DNA of 64,000 bases, taken from assembly GCA_040751795.1 (NCBI GenBank), contig JBFMHR010000003.1, forward strand, positions 256,001 through 320,000. Direction: 5' to 3'. Shown here piece by piece: positions 58,953 through 64,000 of this stretch. The position numbers were made by a program, and so were the translations under genes. This stretch comes from Thermoplasmatota archaeon. GTDB lineage: Archaea; Thermoplasmatota; Thermoplasmata; UBA10834. Numbering within the stretch: the stretch's first letter is position 1; every line of letters begins with the position of its first letter. A model generated the notes under the pieces. It made no database searches. It worked only from the letters and a program-made list of their open reading frames with translations, and was not told the origin of the DNA.

Positions 58953-59870
58953 ATGAAGTACAGTAGGGGAACAGCCATGGCTGTTGTCGCCATCTTGGCG
59001 ATCATGCCATCGGCTTGGCTTGTGAGCGCGCATGAGGAGACCAGCCCACTGCCCATAACGCCTGCGGACTCCGCACCTGGCTACGCCGTGTATTTCGCAG
59101 ACAATATGGTGTACGGCCCGCAGTGGCGCCTCGGCAACCTCGTGAGGATCGAGACGATGGTGCTGAAGCTTGACGACTACAACAATGACGGGCTCGCGAA
59201 CGCTCTGGACCTACCGCTGGAGGTGAATGGGACGGTGGACCCGACAGACGACGTCGTGTACACCCAGACGGCTCTGATCGGGGACCCGTTGCTCCTGCTC
59301 GGGACGTACATGGTCTCGGCGCCGGAGATACTCATAACGATACAGAGCGACGAGCGCGGCCCGTACAGGTTCTATGGCATGTTCGATGACTCCGGCACCT
59401 ATGTGCCGGTGCTGGACGGGGAAGGGGCAGGCGCCCTGACCCGGGAGATCAACAAAGCCGGCCACCTGATATACGGCTTCCTCTGGGACACATCCGCCGA
59501 GGACGTGACCGTTGGACGCTACAGCGTATCGGTCCAGCTGCCTCCAGCATATCCGATATCGATAGCCATAAGGAACTACTACGTGAGCGAGGACATCGAC
59601 GGCGACGGCGAGCAGGGGGAGCGTCTGCCTGGCCCACCGACCGAAGAGGTCCCGCCGGACTACTTCCTCGAGCTCGACGCGGTCACGGACCCGGTCCTGA
59701 CCGGCCAGGGCGGCGTGGATGCAGCGGCCAATGCGGCTTTCATCTACCTTGGCGAGATCATCCTCGGAGGCGGGAGCGGCACGGGCGGGGACAACGGCGG
59801 GGAGAACGGCAACCCCGACTCCGGAGGCAATCAGAACGGCCTCCTGGGGAACCGTCACGCGCACAAGTGA
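58953..59870 (+). CDS. Secreted hypothetical protein with Gly/Asn-rich tail (paralog 2)
   Basis: Same motif blocks as 57925-58746. Confidence 0.8.
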   Translation: MKYSRGTAMAVVAILAIMPSAWLVSAHEETSPLPITPADSAPGYAVYFADNMVYGPQWRLGNLVRIETMVLKLDDYNNDGLANALDLPLEVNGTVDPTDDVVYTQTALIGDPLLLLGTYMVSAPEILITIQSDERGPYRFYGMFDDSGTYVPVLDGEGAGALTREINKAGHLIYGFLWDTSAEDVTVGRYSVSVQLPPAYPISIAIRNYYVSEDIDGDGEQGERLPGPPTEEVPPDYFLELDAVTDPVLTGQGGVDAAANAAFIYLGEIILGGGSGTGGDNGGENGNPDSGGNQNGLLGNRHAHK

Positions 59871-60080
59871 GGGCCGATGAGGGCGCGCGGACAGACCGCC
59901 GGCACGCCCTCCCTCAAACCATTTCCACCCTCTTTTCCTTTTGAATCCTGCGACGTCTGGCTATGATGCAATGAGGATTGTGCTAGCATTTGATTCTTGT
60001 ACCACAAACCACTTATCAAGTGCCCCGTGTTGGTCGATTCAGAAACGGCGAGACCGTTTCCGAAGAGAAGGTGAGGTAAG

Positions 60081-60341
60081 ATGATATCGAAGGTATGGAT
60101 CGCGCTGGCACTCGGCGCCGCGTTCATGGTCGGCGGAGTGGCCGTCGTATCGGCCGCGGGCAACATGAACGGCGACTGTGACCAGATCCAGGACCAGCTC
60201 AAGGACGGCACTGGCGACAACTGCCAGGACGAGACCCTAGAGGACGGCACGTGCGACTCGTGCAACGACTACGACTGGGACTTCCTCTACGGCGAGACCG
60301 AGCTGGAGCCCCCGTATCAGTCTGCATGTGGACAGGAATAA
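60081..60341 (+). CDS. Small secreted acidic Cys-containing protein
   Basis: GGTGAGG RBS; signal peptide; repeated L(K/E)DGT; 5 Cys. Confidence 0.7.
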   Translation: MISKVWIALALGAAFMVGGVAVVSAAGNMNGDCDQIQDQLKDGTGDNCQDETLEDGTCDSCNDYDWDFLYGETELEPPYQSACGQE

Positions 60342-60522
60342 CCGCATAGTCATCTGCAAAGGGTCTCCCCTAAGTCTCCTTTGTGTCAAGGGCCGCGGTT
60401 TCCTGCCCACACAACCTTTTTCCCATCCTCCGTCCCGCGACGTGCGGGAACTGGCCCAGGGGCCGGCAGCGGCGCCCTGGGCGGACAATTTTTTATCACC
60501 CATCATGCCATACTCCCCGACC

Positions 60523-61812
60523 ATGAGGATCGATTCGAGGCTCGTCAAGAGGATCCGCAAAGAATTCCCGGCCGCCGAAGCGGACCCCGCCGGCCGCCCG
60601 CGCGCCTTCCTGGACAACGGTGCTGGCACGCTCGTGACGATGCGCAGCGCGGAGCGCGAGGCCATGGCGAGGATTGACTGGTGTGCGAACGTCGGGAACC
60701 TGTTCCCCGAGTCGCTGGGGGCGGAGGAGACCATCCTCGAGGGCAGGCAGGCGGTGTCAGATCTGCTCGGCGCGAGCGGCCCCGACACCATCCTGTCGGG
60801 GGAGTCCGCGACATCGCTCCTGTTCAACCTCAGCTACGCGATGGGGCGCGAGTTCACAGGCGAGGAGAACGTCGTCACCACTGGCTACGAGCACTACACC
60901 AACATCAACCCGTGGGTCGAGCTGGGCGAGGAGGAGAGGATAATGCAGCTCCGGTTCGCGGAGTTCGACCGCGACACCGGCCGCATAGACCTCGAGACGC
61001 TGTCGGACCTGGTCGACGGGGACACGAAGGTCGTGAGCGTCAGCGCGGCCTCGAACGTCCTCGGGACCAGGACCGACCTGAAGGAGGTCGGGAAGATCGC
61101 CAGGGACGCCGGGGCGTACTTCATCGTGGACGCGGTCCACCACATCGCCCATGGCGCGACCGACGTCAGGGCGATCAAGTGCGACGCACTCGTGTTCTCA
61201 GGCTACAAGCTCTTCTCCAGGCACGGGAGCTTCATGTACCTGAGCCCGGAGCTGATCGAGGGGCTCACCCCGTACAAGGTCCTCCCCTCGCCCAAGCACG
61301 GGCCGGAGAAGTGGGAGTGGGGCACGCGCGACCAGGCGATGTTCGCCGCGGCCGCCGGCGCCATAGACTACGTCGCATGGGTCGGGGATCCCTCCGCGAA
61401 GAGGCCCCCGTCCCCCGGCAAGCAGAGGCGCGCGAGGCTCCTGGAGGCGTTCGAGGCGATCGAGGAGTACGAGAAGACCATCTCGGACCTGGTCCTGAAC
61501 GGCCGGGGCAAGCTGAGGGGGCTGCTGGACATCCCTGGCCTGACGCTCTACGGGCCGCCCGACACCAGGGGCAAGATGGGCCGGGACCCGACCTTCTCGT
61601 TCAAGGTCGACGGATGGGACGACCGGAAGCTGTCGAAGCTGCTGTGGGACAAGTACGCCTTGGCGGTGGGCGCGGAGGACTACTTCTCCCGGGTGCCGGC
61701 CCTCTACGAAGCCGAGACGATGCTCAGGGCGACCTTCGTCCACTACAACACGGAGCAGGAGGCCATGTCCCTCCTGAGGGCGCTGAACGAGGTGGCCGAG
61801 AGGAGGCGCTGA
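60523..61812 (+). CDS. Class V PLP aminotransferase, cysteine-desulfurase-like
   Basis: FLDNGAGT, EHYTN, ASNVLG, VDAVH, FSGYK, WEWGT, HYNT. Confidence 0.85.
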   Translation: MRIDSRLVKRIRKEFPAAEADPAGRPRAFLDNGAGTLVTMRSAEREAMARIDWCANVGNLFPESLGAEETILEGRQAVSDLLGASGPDTILSGESATSLLFNLSYAMGREFTGEENVVTTGYEHYTNINPWVELGEEERIMQLRFAEFDRDTGRIDLETLSDLVDGDTKVVSVSAASNVLGTRTDLKEVGKIARDAGAYFIVDAVHHIAHGATDVRAIKCDALVFSGYKLFSRHGSFMYLSPELIEGLTPYKVLPSPKHGPEKWEWGTRDQAMFAAAAGAIDYVAWVGDPSAKRPPSPGKQRRARLLEAFEAIEEYEKTISDLVLNGRGKLRGLLDIPGLTLYGPPDTRGKMGRDPTFSFKVDGWDDRKLSKLLWDKYALAVGAEDYFSRVPALYEAETMLRATFVHYNTEQEAMSLLRALNEVAERRR

Positions 61813-62101
61813 GAGCCGCGTCGGCGGGGAGCTGGATGGTCACTAGCCGGGTCAACGCTATAAAGAGCTGTCGGCATCTGGCTATCCCCGAAACCCTTCT
61901 AATTCCGTTCCACCTTTTGAAACTTGCACCACAATGGGTATAGGTGCCATCGTCCGCTCAGCGTTCGAAGCGCAGTTAGGGCGACAAGGGGACTCCGAGC
62001 CTCTAAGGCTCCAGATTCGTCGTCTCGCGGTTGCGCAGGAAGACCCGGTCGGTCGGCAGGGGTCGCATCCTCGCCGAGGGCCAGGGGAAGAGGTGAAGAA
62101 C

Positions 62102-62830
62102 ATGGAGAGGAAGTTCGAGAGTGAGCTGGCAGGGCAGATCGCCCGGCGCCACAGGAACCCGCTGAAGGGCAGGATGAATGTCCTGCTGGCGGCCTTGGTG
62201 TCGTGCGTGGTCATGGTCGCCGCGGCAGCCGCCGTCCTGTCGATGCAGGCGAGCGCGAGCCTGGGCGGGCCGACGGAATATGTGAGCGTGTTCTCCAACG
62301 AGGACTACCTCATCAACCTAGACGGCACCGTGGCATACAAGGAGTACGCCGACGGCGAGGTGGTCGATGACACGTTCCTCGTGAAGAGGAACTCCGAGCT
62401 CAAGTGGACCGAGTTCGACACGCCTGGCCTATCGACGGTCGACTACACGAAGGTCGTGTACTCGGTCAACGTGAAGCTGAGGGACATATCCTCGTTCGCC
62501 GACGGAGTCGGCGGGATGGTCGTGGCGGACCTGGCGGTCGCCGGGTTCGTGCAGTACAGCCCGTGGATATCCTCCACGAACGTCTGCGTCAACGGGGTCG
62601 AGGTCTCGGCATCGGCGGGCATAACGCTGGGCACGCTGCCGTACATGACGACCTCGTTCGACGCGGCGACGGGCACTCTGAGCGCCCAGGTCATCCTCCC
62701 GACGGACATCACGTACAACAACGACGACGTGGTCTCGATCTTCGTGATGTTCAAGACGGTCGAGGTAGACCTCGTTATCTCGGGCAGCGAGATCGGGTTC
62801 CCGGACTACCAGGTCACGACCGAGGGTTGA
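62102..62830 (+). CDS. Membrane-anchored/secreted beta-rich hypothetical protein
   Basis: GAGGTG RBS; basic leader then hydrophobic helix; Val/Thr/Ser-rich body. Confidence 0.7.
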   Translation: MERKFESELAGQIARRHRNPLKGRMNVLLAALVSCVVMVAAAAAVLSMQASASLGGPTEYVSVFSNEDYLINLDGTVAYKEYADGEVVDDTFLVKRNSELKWTEFDTPGLSTVDYTKVVYSVNVKLRDISSFADGVGGMVVADLAVAGFVQYSPWISSTNVCVNGVEVSASAGITLGTLPYMTTSFDAATGTLSAQVILPTDITYNNDDVVSIFVMFKTVEVDLVISGSEIGFPDYQVTTEG

Positions 62831-62996
62831 GACATCCTCCTGAGTGCCGAGGCACTCAAAACCCCAACGGGCCCTGGAGACTGAGCGTCCCCAGGGCCGG
62901 CAGATTTTCCGAGTCCCACGATGAGCCGGGCTGCGATGCCAGTGGGATTAAAAGTGGGAAGGAGGCCACGGGGCCTCCGTTTGATCGGGTTTGCGC

Positions 62997-64000
62997 CTAC
63001 TTCTTGTTGTAGTACTTCGACCAGTCGCCCGGCTGCGAGCCCTTGCTCCTCTCGTAGGAGCCACGGTCGCCCCTCCCGGGCTTCTTCCCGGAGGATGAGA
63101 CGGCCGCGATCGCGACGACTATCAGCACTATCACGACCGCCCCGACCAGCAGCAGGAACACCGGCAGTTTGGTCGTCGTGTCGGCGTTGACGTCGACGAG
63201 CGCCTCGGACGAGTAGACCGGGTCGTGTATGATGCTGTCCCCGCCGGGGAACACCATCGCGCCGAGCGCCACGAAGCCGGTGAAGACCTGCAGCTCGCCG
63301 GCGACCTTCGCCCACGCCATCACCCTGTGGCCGGCCATGATCTGCACCTTGACCAGCTCGGGCTCTCCGTCGACGGTGACGCTGTCGACCCACGTCAGCT
63401 GCCCTATGTCGGTGAGGTCTGTCCCGAAGGTCAGCCTGGTCTGCGTGAGCTGCCTCGGCCTGATGAGGTCGCCCGTGGTCTCGTTGACCTCGAGCTCACC
63501 CTCGACCGACGCGCAGTTCATCACGCCGACCTGGTTGGTGTAGGTCAGCATCTTCATCTCCATCCATGTCGCCATGAGCGGGGAGACGAAGTTGCCCACG
63601 AGGCTGTGGAACTCGATCAGGACGGCCGGGTTCGTGTTGTTGGGGTCGTAGTCCCAGCCCTGGATCTCCTGGTCCCACTTGACGTCGTACTTCATGATCT
63701 TGCCCTCGGCCTGGAGGGGCTCGAGCCTCTCCGCGCTCATGAAGAGCATCTTCCCGAGCGGCCCGCTCGTGACCGTCACCCTCCATTGCGGGAGGGAGAC
63801 GTTGTCGTACTGGGCGAGGTCCGCCGTCAGGTGGAAGGTCAGGGTCAGCTCGTTGAGCATGTCGTCGCCGGTGTCCGCCTCGGCGGACTCGTCGACGAGC
63901 TCGTAGGGCAGGTCGGTCGCCGTCAGGCTGAAGTCCCAGGCCCGGCTCTCCTCCGTCCCGGTCTCGATGACCTCGGAGGCGTCCCACGAGGTGTTGAGGT
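62997..64000 (-). CDS. C-terminally anchored protein resembling 56409-57638, 5' partial
   Basis: Frame open to the window end; IIHDPVYS, TM helix, tail ending KYYNKK. Confidence 0.75.
   Translation of the reverse strand, partial: LNTSWDASEVIETGTEESRAWDFSLTATDLPYELVDESAEADTGDDMLNELTLTFHLTADLAQYDNVSLPQWRVTVTSGPLGKMLFMSAERLEPLQAEGKIMKYDVKWDQEIQGWDYDPNNTNPAVLIEFHSLVGNFVSPLMATWMEMKMLTYTNQVGVMNCASVEGELEVNETTGDLIRPRQLTQTRLTFGTDLTDIGQLTWVDSVTVDGEPELVKVQIMAGHRVMAWAKVAGELQVFTGFVALGAMVFPGGDSIIHDPVYSSEALVDVNADTTTKLPVFLLLVGAVVIVLIVVAIAAVSSSGKKPGRGDRGSYERSKGSQPGDWSKYYNKK

Noticed and set aside
1-64000. CRISPR array, cas genes, transposase, integrase or rRNA
   Set aside because: No regularly spaced repeats or diagnostic motifs seen by eye

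Overview
GC-rich archaeal DNA. Intron-containing tRNAs, eL41, a PAC2-family protein and TATA/BRE promoters support Archaea; a Thermoplasmatota affiliation is my inference only. The centre (~12.6-39.6 kb) is a large hydrogenase/heterodisulfide-reductase locus. It has four HdrA units (one canonical, two ~1010-aa double-module forms, one split in two genes), each followed by its own MvhD domain, plus HdrB, HdrC, an MvhD-HdrC/D fusion, MvhG, MvhA, a maturation protease and hypABCDEF. It also holds two unexplained accessory parts: a winged-helix domain (once free, once fused to MvhD) and a small protein with a duplicated 4-Cys motif. The left arm has NikR, three secreted peptidases, nadE with a divergent nitrilase and a multi-PAS kinase. 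At 43.4-45.7 kb, a small att-bounded islet carrying a type IV TA/AbiE-like pair abuts tRNA-Trp, whose intron is a C/D-box guide. Next to it lie eL41 and a tRNA-Arg(UCU) with two introns, one in the T-loop; none of these appears in the ORF track. The right arm has GabT, a Btu-like ABC transporter, CorA and a cluster of unknown secreted or anchored paralogs. All calls come from reading motifs by eye; no searches were run.
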